DNA of 64,000 nt from Candidatus Terrybacteria bacterium RIFCSPHIGHO2_01_FULL_48_17 (GCA_001822835.1 MHSS01000005.1:1719-65718); one strand, 5' to 3'; counted from the stretch's first letter, positions 54,401-64,000 are shown. Numbers and translations: made by a program. Notes: generated by a model not told the origin, from the sequence alone.

Positions 54401-55861
54401 TTAATCTTTCTTCACCCACCGCTGTTTCGTCCCGGGGCGGAAATACAAAGGATCGCCATGCGTAACTAATTGAATGCGAGGAACAACCCTCTCCCCTAAT
54501 GAATGATATAGTTTTCTATATTCAATATTATGTTTGTTAAGCATTTCCAGAAGCGACCTTACAAGAAGTTTTTCGAGCGATCGTGTTTGCCGAATGTGCG
54601 GTTTTAGCTCCACGCGCACAAGCAGGTGCTGTTCGTAGCTTCGCTTATGTTCGGTGGACATTACAAACTTTCCCGTAATATACGAAGAAAAAATCCGCTG
54701 TTCAAGCGCGCTTTTGATATGCTCGGGATATACAAGAACGGCATAAATCGACGCGGTAAGATCGGATCTGCCAAAAAGATAAACGAATGGAAGTTTCCAC
54801 AAAAACTGTTTTACGGGAAACATGGAACGGTTAGCGAAGTGGTGCGCCATTTCTTCAAACGCAATAACTCCCCCACGATCACCGATCCGATAACGGATTA
54901 AAGGGATTCCCGCTTCTGCCGTAAAAAGAAGCTGATCGTCTTGTACTTCAAAGAACTTCAAGTCCGGATGGTATTGGAACAGTGAAGGAAGCCGTTCATC
55001 GTGAAACAGCGCCTGCGCAAGCTGTTTTTTGTCTGCGGCTTTCCTTCGTATATATATGGAAAGAGGAGTTTCGTGGGCAAGGATCGCGGCGTCAGCGGTA
55101 CCATAAAGAGAAATAATGTCGCGAAACGGATCTTTGATACCGCTTCGCCTCATAAGATAATCCCGGAAACGCTCGCTAAACGCCTCTCCAGCAAGCAGCA
55201 ATTTCATGTGAACATCGTGCCACCTAATTCCAGCTTCCCTGCCGTAATCTAGCACGTCCTTTATATAAGGCGGGTAACCGGCAAGAATAACTGTTTTGAA
55301 ATTTGAAATTAAGGGTTTTACTACATCAAGGAGAGTTTCCAAGTCAATCCCTGGCGTTACGGTCATTAACCGGTATCCCTTATTGCTCATAGCTTTCATG
55401 CTTGCCAAGGTATAGGTACCCGCGATCCATGTACCCATGGAGAACGCCACGACGCCCAATGCCGAATGTGTCGGTTTAATGCCAAAAAACTTATTGAAAA
55501 TAAGCTCGTGGAGGAACATCCCTTCATTCTCATGTGTATCTCCGCGTGGCCATAAAAATGGCGTGCCCGTTGATCCGGAACTTGCAGAAAAAGTATGAAG
55601 CGCAACTTGCGATGCAGGAAAAACAAGCTCCTTAAGGGAGTAGGCGCGTAAGTATGTTTTTTTATCGATGGGAGGAACGTTTTTAAAATCCTCTATCGTT
55701 TTAATTTTTAAAGGATCCACCCCGTGTTGTTTCAGAAAATGTTTATAAGCAGGAACATCTCTTGATGCCCTATGAAAAAGACGCAGGGCTTTTTGCGCTC
55801 CTGTTTTTTCCCATGCGGTTCCAGAACGTTTGCGATAAAAATGATCCGATAGCTGTTTCAT
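54401..55861 (-). CDS. Phenylacetate-CoA ligase-like adenylate-forming enzyme
   Basis: VPAY, ASSGSTG.P, AGYP, AGE, YGTAD, PLIRYRIGD, GRSD. Confidence 0.9.
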   Translation of the reverse strand: MKQLSDHFYRKRSGTAWEKTGAQKALRLFHRASRDVPAYKHFLKQHGVDPLKIKTIEDFKNVPPIDKKTYLRAYSLKELVFPASQVALHTFSASSGSTGTPFLWPRGDTHENEGMFLHELIFNKFFGIKPTHSALGVVAFSMGTWIAGTYTLASMKAMSNKGYRLMTVTPGIDLETLLDVVKPLISNFKTVILAGYPPYIKDVLDYGREAGIRWHDVHMKLLLAGEAFSERFRDYLMRRSGIKDPFRDIISLYGTADAAILAHETPLSIYIRRKAADKKQLAQALFHDERLPSLFQYHPDLKFFEVQDDQLLFTAEAGIPLIRYRIGDRGGVIAFEEMAHHFANRSMFPVKQFLWKLPFVYLFGRSDLTASIYAVLVYPEHIKSALEQRIFSSYITGKFVMSTEHKRSYEQHLLVRVELKPHIRQTRSLEKLLVRSLLEMLNKHNIEYRKLYHSLGERVVPRIQLVTHGDPLYFRPGTKQRWVKKD

Positions 55862-56820
55862 GTAAGCGCAAGGACCATAAGATGCTCAATGAATGATGGA
55901 AACGAAAACCCAATGGCGCGAGCTTGTTTTGGAATAATGGACTCGGGCGTAAGTCCCGGCAAGGTGTTCAGTTCAAGAATATAGGGAACATCATTGCGTA
56001 AAAACATATCAATGCGAGCATAGTGACGACACCCCAGGGCTCTGAATGCCTCAAGCGCTGTCTGCTGAATTGCTCGTGTAACATCTCCGCTAAAGGGTGC
56101 TGGCGTAATTTCCTCGGTTGTCCCAGAATATTTCGCCTCGTAATCAAAAAAGCCATTTTCCAATGGAGGAACGATAAGCGTTGGCGGAAGCGCGTAGGGA
56201 TACCCCGCAGGATATTCCAAGACACCGCATGAAATTTCTGGGCCGTCCAAATACTCCTCAACTATCACGCGCCTATCAAAAGCACGAGCTATTGCTAACG
56301 CGTGGACAAGCGCATCTTCATGTTCCACGACGGAAACACCAACTGACGATCCGCGGCTGCGAGGTTTTACCACCCAAGGGAGTGGCCCAAGTTGCCGTAG
56401 GGCATCCACCAATATTTCTCTATTAGTCATCGAATCGCCTACCGCAATCGCCTCGGGCACAGAAAGGTGTTTCGATAAAAATAAATCCCGGCTTATGAAT
56501 TTATCCATTCCGAAAGCGGATGCTATCGGACCAGAACCCGTATATGGAATATCGTAGTGCTCAAAAATTGCCTGAATGCGCCCATCTTCTCCCCATTCCC
56601 CGTGTAGGGCAACAAATACTACGTCTGCTCCCCCGAATGCCCGAACCAAATCCATCTTCCTCTCGCCTCTGAACATTTCGCGTTCGTTTTGAATCAAAAC
56701 CGGCCATGCGCGATGGCCCAGCACCCTAAGATTTCTAAGCACCGCGTTTCCGGTTTCTAAGGAAATTTCGTGCTCTGCGGAAGGCCCGCCCATAAGTACG
56801 GCAATGTTTTTGGACTGCAT
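55858..56820 (-). CDS. ddl: D-alanine--D-alanine ligase
   Basis: GGPSAEHEIS, LHGEWGEDG, MDK, GSSVGV, DYEAKY, RID, ELNTLPG. Confidence 0.96.
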   Translation of the reverse strand: MQSKNIAVLMGGPSAEHEISLETGNAVLRNLRVLGHRAWPVLIQNEREMFRGERKMDLVRAFGGADVVFVALHGEWGEDGRIQAIFEHYDIPYTGSGPIASAFGMDKFISRDLFLSKHLSVPEAIAVGDSMTNREILVDALRQLGPLPWVVKPRSRGSSVGVSVVEHEDALVHALAIARAFDRRVIVEEYLDGPEISCGVLEYPAGYPYALPPTLIVPPLENGFFDYEAKYSGTTEEITPAPFSGDVTRAIQQTALEAFRALGCRHYARIDMFLRNDVPYILELNTLPGLTPESIIPKQARAIGFSFPSFIEHLMVLALT

Positions 56821-56852
56821 ACTGTTTTAGTGTAGCAGGCAAGGAATGATCT

Positions 56853-57911
56853 TTAAAGACGGGTTTTTAGAAACCAGAGCAACAATACCCCAAATCCTAC
56901 CGCCAAAACCAAGGCCTTAAGATAAACGGGAAGAAAAATAGCAGCAACAGCAAAGAGAAATGAGGTTCCGGCAAAAAAAATCATCACGGACCAATCTCCC
57001 CACCCTTTTTGTTTCAGCCAAAAATGAAAATGGCGCGTGTCTGGCAAAACCAATGGCGCCTTTTCTCGTAAACGCAAAAACAGCACAAAAGCCATATCCG
57101 CTGCTGGCAACACAAGCGCAAGTCCGGCCGTCGCCACCTTTGCCCCAGCCACTACCGCAAAGCTCGCGATAAGAAACCCAATACCCATGGCGCCGGAAGT
57201 ACCCAAGAAGAGTTTGGCAGGGGGAAGATTAAATGGCAGCAAACCCAAAATTCCTCCGGCAACGAGGGCGGCTAAAATAGCAATTGCCGGCTGCATGATA
57301 TCGGCGCGCAAACTTAATAGAGCCAACGCGCTTAATGCCAAAAGACCAATGGTTGAGGCAACACCATCTGATCCGTCAAACCAATTAAAAGCATTAATAA
57401 CGCCCAAGATCCACACGGTCGTAACCAAAGCCCCTAAGACCGGAATAGTACACGACGCCTCTCCGCATTCCAAAAAAGGGTTGGCGATACGAATAACGGA
57501 AAGATCAATCGCCCCCCCAAAAGGGTTGTTCACGTACTCAAGTGATGCGCCACCCAAAACAACAAATGCTGCAGCCAAACCTTGCCCCATAAGTTCGACC
57601 CACCACGGCAGCGAACGGACGTCGTCGATCATTCCCATAACGACTAACACGAGAAAACCGATTACGATTGCAATAATTTTGGACGTTAACACAAGCTCCG
57701 GATAGATTAACACGCCCACGAGAAAAGCTATTGCTATTGCAATCCCGCCCCACAATGGCACTGGTTGTTTATGTTCATGGCGTCCGCCAGGAAAGCGGAC
57801 CGCCTTTGCTTTTTTGGCAACCCGTACAATAACGAAAGATGCGATAAAAGAAAAAAATGCTGCACCAAATATTGCAGGAAAAATCCAGCGCACTATGCCC
57901 TCAAAAAACAT
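56853..57911 (-). CDS. WecA/TagO-like undecaprenyl-phosphate GlcNAc-1-P transferase
   Basis: P.WGG, GMIDD, NAFNWFDGSDG, FNLPPAKLFLGTSG, PDTRHFH. Confidence 0.9.
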   Translation of the reverse strand: MFFEGIVRWIFPAIFGAAFFSFIASFVIVRVAKKAKAVRFPGGRHEHKQPVPLWGGIAIAIAFLVGVLIYPELVLTSKIIAIVIGFLVLVVMGMIDDVRSLPWWVELMGQGLAAAFVVLGGASLEYVNNPFGGAIDLSVIRIANPFLECGEASCTIPVLGALVTTVWILGVINAFNWFDGSDGVASTIGLLALSALALLSLRADIMQPAIAILAALVAGGILGLLPFNLPPAKLFLGTSGAMGIGFLIASFAVVAGAKVATAGLALVLPAADMAFVLFLRLREKAPLVLPDTRHFHFWLKQKGWGDWSVMIFFAGTSFLFAVAAIFLPVYLKALVLAVGFGVLLLWFLKTRL

Positions 57912-57919
57912 AACTGCAA

Positions 57920-58264
57920 CTAAATAATTCTATTAAACTCAAAAAGCACAAAAATGATAAATCCTAATGTTGCTTGAAGAACTAAAAGGAATACCAAAAA
58001 TACGTATGAGAGTTGCGGATATTTTTCTAATGCGAAAAAGGCGATAATGCTATGTAGCAAAAAAAACAGAGCTGCCACGGTAGGAAAAATAAAAAAGTGG
58101 GAGCGCGTTCCCAAAAACGTTACTCCCTCCTGGAATGAAAACTGAAGCGTGTACTGTCCCTCGGTTTCCGGCACATAATGAAACACCGCCCACCACAATA
58201 GCACGTTAAACGCGAACGAAATTGCAAGCAATGCCGTAAAAATAGGATGCCGTAAAAAAGCCAT
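57920..58264 (-). CDS. Small three-TM hypothetical protein
   Basis: Three hydrophobic helices, tight operon spacing. Confidence 0.7.
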   Translation of the reverse strand: MAFLRHPIFTALLAISFAFNVLLWWAVFHYVPETEGQYTLQFSFQEGVTFLGTRSHFFIFPTVAALFFLLHSIIAFFALEKYPQLSYVFLVFLLVLQATLGFIIFVLFEFNRII

Positions 58265-58269
58265 AGCAC

Positions 58270-59469
58270 TTAGGATGACCGATCATCGTTGAGCATAGCA
58301 AGAAGAGCACCAGAGGCCCATGCCTGGGGATTGCCTATGCGATGTTTCACGGAACTTGTGCCGACATAAATATCCGGAGAAATCTCTTGTGTTTGAGGAT
58401 CTACTGCATAAAGCTCCGGAATAATTCCGTTTAACGCAGAAAAAGCGGCGCACATTGCCTCTTTTACCTTTTTTGCCTCCCTAAAGCGCTTCGTTTCCCG
58501 CAAACCAAGCCAGAAAAACCAATTGTCATGCGGCCATACCGACCCACGATGGTAGCTCTGCCACGCAAACGAGGGCTCGGAAACCGCAAGTGTGCGCATG
58601 CCGTATTTTGTCCAAAGATCAGCAGAAAATACCTTTGAAATAATCATTTCCTCATCCGCCTTGGAAATAAGTCCCGCGAATAAAAGATGAGAGGGGTTTG
58701 AGGTTACCCAAGGAAGTTGTGCGCCATTTCCGTCGAGTGCATAGGCAAAATAATCAGACATTATATAAGCATTTCGAAAATTCTTCTGAAGCGTCCGGGA
58801 ACGCTCTTGTGCCCATACGCACCAGGTGTGCGCGCGATTTCCCGTCAGGCGAGCAGCCGCCTGAAGCGCAGCATACGCATATCCCTGTACTTCCACAGGG
58901 GCTATCGGCTGTGTGATGGCGCCAAACTCGTCGGAATCTTTCCACGCTTGATGTTGCAGGGCGATGGGATTATGCGCGCGGTAATCAAAGAAACCATCGC
59001 CATCAGAATCTGCATATTCTTTAATCCAAGAAAGAGCGCGCAAAAGATGCGACCACAATCTACGAAGCAATGCATCATCATGTGTCTGCGCATAATATCT
59101 CTCAAGAACAATGATCCATAAAAATGTCGCGTCAACACTCCCAAAATACGGCTGGCCCCACCCAAACGTTACCAGAGATTTTTGTACAAAACGCACCCAC
59201 ATTTGCCATGGTTCATAATATTCATGCAAGATTTTTCCCGGCTCCTCTTCGCTTTTATGGTTAACCCGCTTTCCTTGAAGTGTTGCGAGTTTTACAAGAG
59301 TTTTTTGTGCAATACGAGGGTCGTGTGCCAACAGCTCCCAGGCAACAATTAAACTATCCCTTCCAAAAAGGCCCGGAAAGTTGGGATAACCCGCCCGAAT
59401 ATACCCTGCGGGCGCACGAAGTGCACGGATATGTTGCTCGAGTTTCTTTTTTATTAATTCTTCATTCAT
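58270..59469 (-). CDS. Amylo-alpha-1,6-glucosidase-like six-hairpin glycosidase
   Basis: AGYP.F..LFGRDSL, EEPGKILHE, SVDAT, WKDS, EVQGY, YHRGSVWPHDN, PEL, QAWA. Confidence 0.88.
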   Translation of the reverse strand: MNEELIKKKLEQHIRALRAPAGYIRAGYPNFPGLFGRDSLIVAWELLAHDPRIAQKTLVKLATLQGKRVNHKSEEEPGKILHEYYEPWQMWVRFVQKSLVTFGWGQPYFGSVDATFLWIIVLERYYAQTHDDALLRRLWSHLLRALSWIKEYADSDGDGFFDYRAHNPIALQHQAWKDSDEFGAITQPIAPVEVQGYAYAALQAAARLTGNRAHTWCVWAQERSRTLQKNFRNAYIMSDYFAYALDGNGAQLPWVTSNPSHLLFAGLISKADEEMIISKVFSADLWTKYGMRTLAVSEPSFAWQSYHRGSVWPHDNWFFWLGLRETKRFREAKKVKEAMCAAFSALNGIIPELYAVDPQTQEISPDIYVGTSSVKHRIGNPQAWASGALLAMLNDDRSS

Positions 59470-62137
59470 GACGATCGGTGCGCAACCACGGGATACGCGG
59501 TGCGAAAAATTTTACGATTTCAATGGCAAGCACATTTAATAATCCAAGTTCTAAAATAAGCCCCCACTGCCAAAATGCTAAGGGGGCGGTATGCAACAAA
59601 TCCTGCAAAACGGGAACGTAAACAGCCGCAAGGATGGCTGCCATACCAAAGGCCACCGCAGCAACCATCCATTGGTTACGGAAAGGATTCATGCGCCATA
59701 TCGGTATACGCAGACCACGTATTGAAAAAATAGTGAGCATTGCGTTTGAGCCAAGCGTTGCAAACATAATGGTTCGAACTTGCTCCACGGGCAGCTGCCC
59801 GTGGAGCCAGATGAACATTGCCAAAAGCCCCAGATCACGCAAAATACCTACCGCAAGGATAATCGCAAGCATCTCTCTATTTAAAATAGGGTCGGACGCC
59901 TTGCGAGGTTTGCGTTGCATAATATCTTTTTCCGCTTTCTCAAATGCAAGCGTAAAAGCAGGAGGAGAATCCTCTACCAAATTTACAAAGAGGATCTGTG
60001 CTGCAAGAACGGGAAGGTCTTTCACGAATAGCAAGCCCCCTAAAACCAAAATTACTTCTGTGGTAGCGTCGGCGAGGAGATATAAAACTACTTTTCGGAT
60101 ATTATCAAAAATTCTCCGTCCCTCACGGATAGCTGCGATAATTGTGGCGAAATTGTTATCAAGAACTACGAGCTCGGCCGTCTGCTTTGCCACGTCCGTA
60201 CCAGCACCCACCGTAACCCCGATGTGTGCCGCCTTGAGAGCCGGCGCATCATTAATGCCGTCGCCAGTCATTGCAACAATATGCCCCACGCGTTTCAGTA
60301 CTTCAACGATGCGCAATTTCTGATGCGGGACTGTGCGCGCAAAAATTACGGCTTTGCCGATATGTTCGATCAGCGCCTCGTCTGATAATTGCTCAAGCTG
60401 CCCTCCGTCAATCACGGCTGCCTCATGATCGTGGATAAGCCCAACCTTGCGCGCAACCGACGAAGCAGTCAGGGCATTGTCTCCCGTAATCAAAACCGCT
60501 TTAACGCCTGCTTGTTGCGCCTCGCGCAATGCGGCAGATACGCCCTCTCGTATCGGATCTTCGAGGGCTATGAAACCAAGGAACGTAAGGTCCGACACCA
60601 TCTCTCCAAGAGCGGAAAAGGAATCAACAGTACGCGCCACTTTGCGCTTTGCGACAGCGATTAGTCGCATACCGGCAGAGGACAATTCGTTGTGCTTACG
60701 CGTAAGCGCTGCGCGGCCCTGGTCAGAAAGCACAACCGATTCCGTTTTATGCCGGGCACAGGAAGATGCGGCAATGATTTTTTCGGCAGCGCCTTTGATA
60801 AAAAATGACGTCGTTGCATCCTTCTCCTTAACTAATGCCGCGACGAATTTGTTGTCTGCATCAAACGGTATTAAATCAAGCACCCTTTGTTTTCTTTCAT
60901 CAATCAACCGATGAAGGCCCGCTGCAAGGCCGGCCTCCAAAATTGCCGCGTCAGTCGGCTCGCCTACAATTTTTCCTGCCTCGTGTTCCTTAGGAGATTG
61001 ACCCTCGGCGATCCAGGCCTCATTTGCATAAATAGCTGCCTCAAGCACGGCAAAACGTCCTTCATTATCTGTAGCATCGGCAGGAAAAACTTCGCTAACG
61101 CGCATGCGTCCTTCGGTTATGGTGCCGGTTTTGTCTACACAAATTACGGTTACAGCGCCAAGGGTTTCGGCGGCCTGGAGTCGGCGGACTAAAGCCCCCC
61201 TACGCAAAAGCTGCACCATCCCGATCGCTAAAATCATGGTAACCGCCACAATCAATCCTTCTGGAACCGCTGCAACTGCGACCGCAACACTTGTGGTAAA
61301 CATGACATCAAACGGCAGCCCGGTACTTACACCCAAAGCCAACGTTGCCAAAGAAAGCACGAATACCCCACCGGTAATTGCGCGCGCAAGTCCGCCCAAG
61401 CGCTTTTCCAAAGGCGTTGTTTCGTCCGGAACTGATCCTAAAGATGCGGCGATCTTTCCAAACTCGGTTGCAATCCCTGTGGCCACAACCACTCCGCGCA
61501 CATAGCCGCGCGTTAATGCGGTGCCCATAAAAAGGATGTTCGTGCGCGCAGAAACGGAAATGCCCGGCGCAAGCGTATCGGTATTTTTATCAACAAAAGC
61601 CGACTCACCGGTGAGTACCGCCTCGTTTGCCGCTGCGGCTTTTGATTCAAGAATCCGGATATCGGCAGGAATACGCTCGCCCGCCGAAACGATAACGATA
61701 TCTCCAGGCACCAGCGCCTCTGCGGCAACTTCTTCCGGACGCCCGGAACGCTGCGCCATTGCATGAAAACGTATCACCTGCGCAAGTTTTTCGAGCGCCC
61801 GTTCAGCTTTAAACTCTTGGAGAAAACCAAAAATGATATTGATACACACGGCAGCACTGATAACGACAGCATCAATATGGTCCCCCAACAAAAACGCTAT
61901 GCCTGCGGCAATGGCTAAAATAATGGTGAACATACCGCGTGCCTGGCGTACTGCCAGCGCCAAAACACCCGGTCGTTTTGATTCAGGAAAAGTGTTTGCG
62001 CCGAATGTTTTTTGCCGCAAGGCGACCTCCTCGGAAGAAAGACCTTCGGGGCGCGTATGAAGTTGCTTTAATAGCTCTGCTGCTCCTATGCTATGCCAAG
62101 GAGAATCTTTGTTTATTGGAGGGATCGTGACAACCAT
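59462..62137 (-). CDS. Cation-transporting P-type ATPase (type II-like)
   Basis: LTGES, PEGL, DKTGT, KGA, DP.R, TGD, TGDGINDAPALK. Confidence 0.96.
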   Translation of the reverse strand: MVVTIPPINKDSPWHSIGAAELLKQLHTRPEGLSSEEVALRQKTFGANTFPESKRPGVLALAVRQARGMFTIILAIAAGIAFLLGDHIDAVVISAAVCINIIFGFLQEFKAERALEKLAQVIRFHAMAQRSGRPEEVAAEALVPGDIVIVSAGERIPADIRILESKAAAANEAVLTGESAFVDKNTDTLAPGISVSARTNILFMGTALTRGYVRGVVVATGIATEFGKIAASLGSVPDETTPLEKRLGGLARAITGGVFVLSLATLALGVSTGLPFDVMFTTSVAVAVAAVPEGLIVAVTMILAIGMVQLLRRGALVRRLQAAETLGAVTVICVDKTGTITEGRMRVSEVFPADATDNEGRFAVLEAAIYANEAWIAEGQSPKEHEAGKIVGEPTDAAILEAGLAAGLHRLIDERKQRVLDLIPFDADNKFVAALVKEKDATTSFFIKGAAEKIIAASSCARHKTESVVLSDQGRAALTRKHNELSSAGMRLIAVAKRKVARTVDSFSALGEMVSDLTFLGFIALEDPIREGVSAALREAQQAGVKAVLITGDNALTASSVARKVGLIHDHEAAVIDGGQLEQLSDEALIEHIGKAVIFARTVPHQKLRIVEVLKRVGHIVAMTGDGINDAPALKAAHIGVTVGAGTDVAKQTAELVVLDNNFATIIAAIREGRRIFDNIRKVVLYLLADATTEVILVLGGLLFVKDLPVLAAQILFVNLVEDSPPAFTLAFEKAEKDIMQRKPRKASDPILNREMLAIILAVGILRDLGLLAMFIWLHGQLPVEQVRTIMFATLGSNAMLTIFSIRGLRIPIWRMNPFRNQWMVAAVAFGMAAILAAVYVPVLQDLLHTAPLAFWQWGLILELGLLNVLAIEIVKFFAPRIPWLRTDRHE

Positions 62138-62162
62138 TCTTCTGGTATTGTAGCATGTTTAT

Positions 62163-63002
62163 ATGGTGAAAAAGCTTCTTGGAGGACGCTTTATCGCAGG
62201 GACCAAGAGACAAGATGCAACGTGGGTAGCGCACAAACTCGCGCAAACCGGGTTGGCACCTATTGTAAATATTTTGGGGGAACATGCGGATCGAAAAGAT
62301 GCGGCCAATGCTGCAAGAAACGAATATGAAAATCTGATTCAGGAACTGCGCGTCGTTCCCAATGCACGGATAGCGCTTAAGCCATCGCTTATTGGGGCTC
62401 TTATTTCGCCAGAAATACTTTACGAAAATTTTGGGATGCTTGCGCGCACTGCAGCGCAAAATGGCGTTTCGCTCGAAGTTGATATCGAAGGAGAAACGCT
62501 TGCACACCATACATACGATCTTGCTCTTTTGGCGCGCAACCAACATCGGGTAAATACCCGCGCAGCAGTAGCGGTACGGCTTACGCAAGACCACGAAATA
62601 CAAAAACTTATTGCGGCTGGCATTCCTATACGACTTGTAAAAGGCGCCTACACAAACACCACGGACGCTTCGCGCAACAACAAAGAATATGTGCAAACAC
62701 GCTTTCAAAACCTTGCAAAAATCCTGTTGGAACAAGGTAAGCAGCCCGCCTTTGCAACACAAGACGCGGATCTTATCCACTTTGTAATCGAAGAGGCAAA
62801 ACGGATTGGCAAAGATTCCAATGATTTTGAAATACAGTTTTTGTTCGGCTTGCGTCAAAAAACAGCGCGGGCACTCTTGCGCGATGGCTGGCAGGTGGCT
62901 ATTTATCTACCCTACGGCAATGATTATTTTTCATACGCCATACGACGATGGCGCTATTTTTTCACCCGTCCCAACGATTTCCTCGCCGCATTTTTTGGGT
63001 AA
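62163..63002 (+). CDS. Monofunctional proline dehydrogenase
   Basis: RFIAG, LGE, K.S..G, D.E, RLVKGAY, ATQD, FEIQ.LFG, YLPYG...Y..RR. Confidence 0.85.
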   Translation: MVKKLLGGRFIAGTKRQDATWVAHKLAQTGLAPIVNILGEHADRKDAANAARNEYENLIQELRVVPNARIALKPSLIGALISPEILYENFGMLARTAAQNGVSLEVDIEGETLAHHTYDLALLARNQHRVNTRAAVAVRLTQDHEIQKLIAAGIPIRLVKGAYTNTTDASRNNKEYVQTRFQNLAKILLEQGKQPAFATQDADLIHFVIEEAKRIGKDSNDFEIQFLFGLRQKTARALLRDGWQVAIYLPYGNDYFSYAIRRWRYFFTRPNDFLAAFFG

Positions 63003-63021
63003 GCCCCCACCAGCTTCTTGC

Positions 63022-63078
63022 AATCTATCGCAACCGGGTTGCGATAGATTATGAAAACCCCGACCGAAGTCGGGGTTA
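63022..63078. terminator. Two adjacent hairpins between convergent genes
   Basis: AATCTATCGCAACC-G-GGTTGCGATAGATT and AACCCCGAC-CGAA-GTCGGGGTT. Confidence 0.65.
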
Positions 63079-63549
63079 TGTTTCTTTATGCACGGAAAGG
63101 TGCGTTGTCTTGCGCGTCTCCCAGAAAAATTCGATCCAGCCAAGACGTTCGCTCTTAAGCCGTTCCCAAAATAGCTCGTCGCACGGAATGAGGCATGTTG
63201 CCGGACGATACCATAACACCGCAACATGAAACGGCTTCAATATAATCAGAGTTTTTCCGGAATCCGCGATATCATCAACGACAAGAGTATGAGGACCAAT
63301 ACCGGCTTTGTCGAAAATCAGCGGAAGATTTAGTAAACCGCCAAGCACCCATGCAGGGATAAGACCTCCCGAAGGAATACCGTAAATATTCTTGATTTGA
63401 CGTTTTTGGTACGCCTTAGAACGTCTGACTTTTCCCGCAAGGCGTTTTAGGTCCCGCCATGTTGCCTCACGCGTGTAGGTATAGTGAACGTTTTTACAGA
63501 TGGCGCAACGAGGATGCCGCGCTTTACCCTGAGCCCTGTCGAAGGACAT
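63076..63549 (-). CDS. Purine phosphoribosyltransferase-like protein
   Basis: IYGIPSGGL, LVVDDIADSGKTL, WIEFFWE; next to guaB; true start uncertain. Confidence 0.85.
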   Translation of the reverse strand: MSFDRAQGKARHPRCAICKNVHYTYTREATWRDLKRLAGKVRRSKAYQKRQIKNIYGIPSGGLIPAWVLGGLLNLPLIFDKAGIGPHTLVVDDIADSGKTLIILKPFHVAVLWYRPATCLIPCDELFWERLKSERLGWIEFFWETRKTTHLSVHKET

Positions 63550-63551
63550 CG

Positions 63552-64000
63552 CTACTTCACCCTCGGGTTAAAAATTACCCGATGGGGCAACTCGGCAATG
63601 GTGCGCGCACCCACATAACTCATTTCGCTTCGCAACCAGCCAAGAAGATCATTAATGTATTTGGCAACCGGCCCTCTTGCAGGAATAAGATCCTCTCGCC
63701 CTTCGGTTGCTGCCGTAAGATTGTAGGCGTTTTTCACAAAACCCGCCTCTTTTAATCCCTGGAAAATACGCTTTGCCTCGCCCGAAGCCATGCCAAAGTG
63801 CTTCTTGTAACGAATGTTGTCGTCATCGTAAATAATTTCCCCGGGTGCCTCATCGGTACCTGCAAACAATGTTCCAATCATCACGGATGCGGCACCGGCA
63901 GAAAGCGCTTGCGTTAAATCCTGACCGTAGCGGATACCGCCATCAGCGATAACCGGAAGGTCATAAGAAAACGCGGCTTCTGCACAACGCAAGACAGCTG
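63552..64000 (-). CDS. guaB: IMP dehydrogenase/GMP reductase family, C-terminal part (5' end outside window)
   Basis: PVIADGGIR, AL.AGA.SVM.G.LFAGTDEAPG, GMAS, EG, LRS.MSYVGA. Confidence 0.85.
   Translation of the reverse strand, partial: AVLRCAEAAFSYDLPVIADGGIRYGQDLTQALSAGAASVMIGTLFAGTDEAPGEIIYDDDNIRYKKHFGMASGEAKRIFQGLKEAGFVKNAYNLTAATEGREDLIPARGPVAKYINDLLGWLRSEMSYVGARTIAELPHRVIFNPRVK

Noticed and set aside
1-64000. Alternative genetic code, prophage, DGR or retron
   Set aside because: Conserved genes are intact in code 11 with TGA used as stop; no phage structural, integrase or reverse transcriptase gene was recognised

Overview
Bacterial chromosomal segment in standard code 11, almost entirely minus-strand. 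It is most likely Patescibacteria/CPR (Parcubacteria-like); this is inferred from the short GAD-less AspRS, double-length ThyX, secE-nusG-rplK with no rplA after it, tRNA-Arg(GCG) and near-leaderless core genes. Core genes: thyX (partial, missed by the ORF track), tmk, dcd, rplK, nusG, secE, mltG, pcm, pyrE, rpmG, mraY, recG, aspS, ddl, guaB (partial), five intact tRNAs and two tRNA remnants. About 22.6 kb of extra genes lie between tRNA-Trp and secE, including a stand-alone Clp D2 ATPase, an HTH-metallophosphoesterase, NhaD, an A-type Fe-S carrier, MacAB-like efflux, a frameshifted cupin, an AbiE toxin-antitoxin pair and a radC fragment; the tRNA-proximal part is punctuated by four copies of a CACCTCGGAC motif. 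Best candidates for new biology: (1) a six-gene acyl-CoA ligase/Acg nitroreductase/ThiF/methyltransferase/7TM histidine kinase/response regulator module between ddl and aspS that looks like a signal synthesis-and-sensing system; (2) 7-nt-periodic repeats found both as mirror-image intergenic hairpins before start codons and as frame-preserving insertions in core genes; (3) the tRNA-Trp-anchored motif-delimited gene array; (4) a divergent PrkA-YeaH-SpoVR triad. No CRISPR array, rRNA, integrase or transposase was seen. All calls come from motif recognition by eye; no searches were run.
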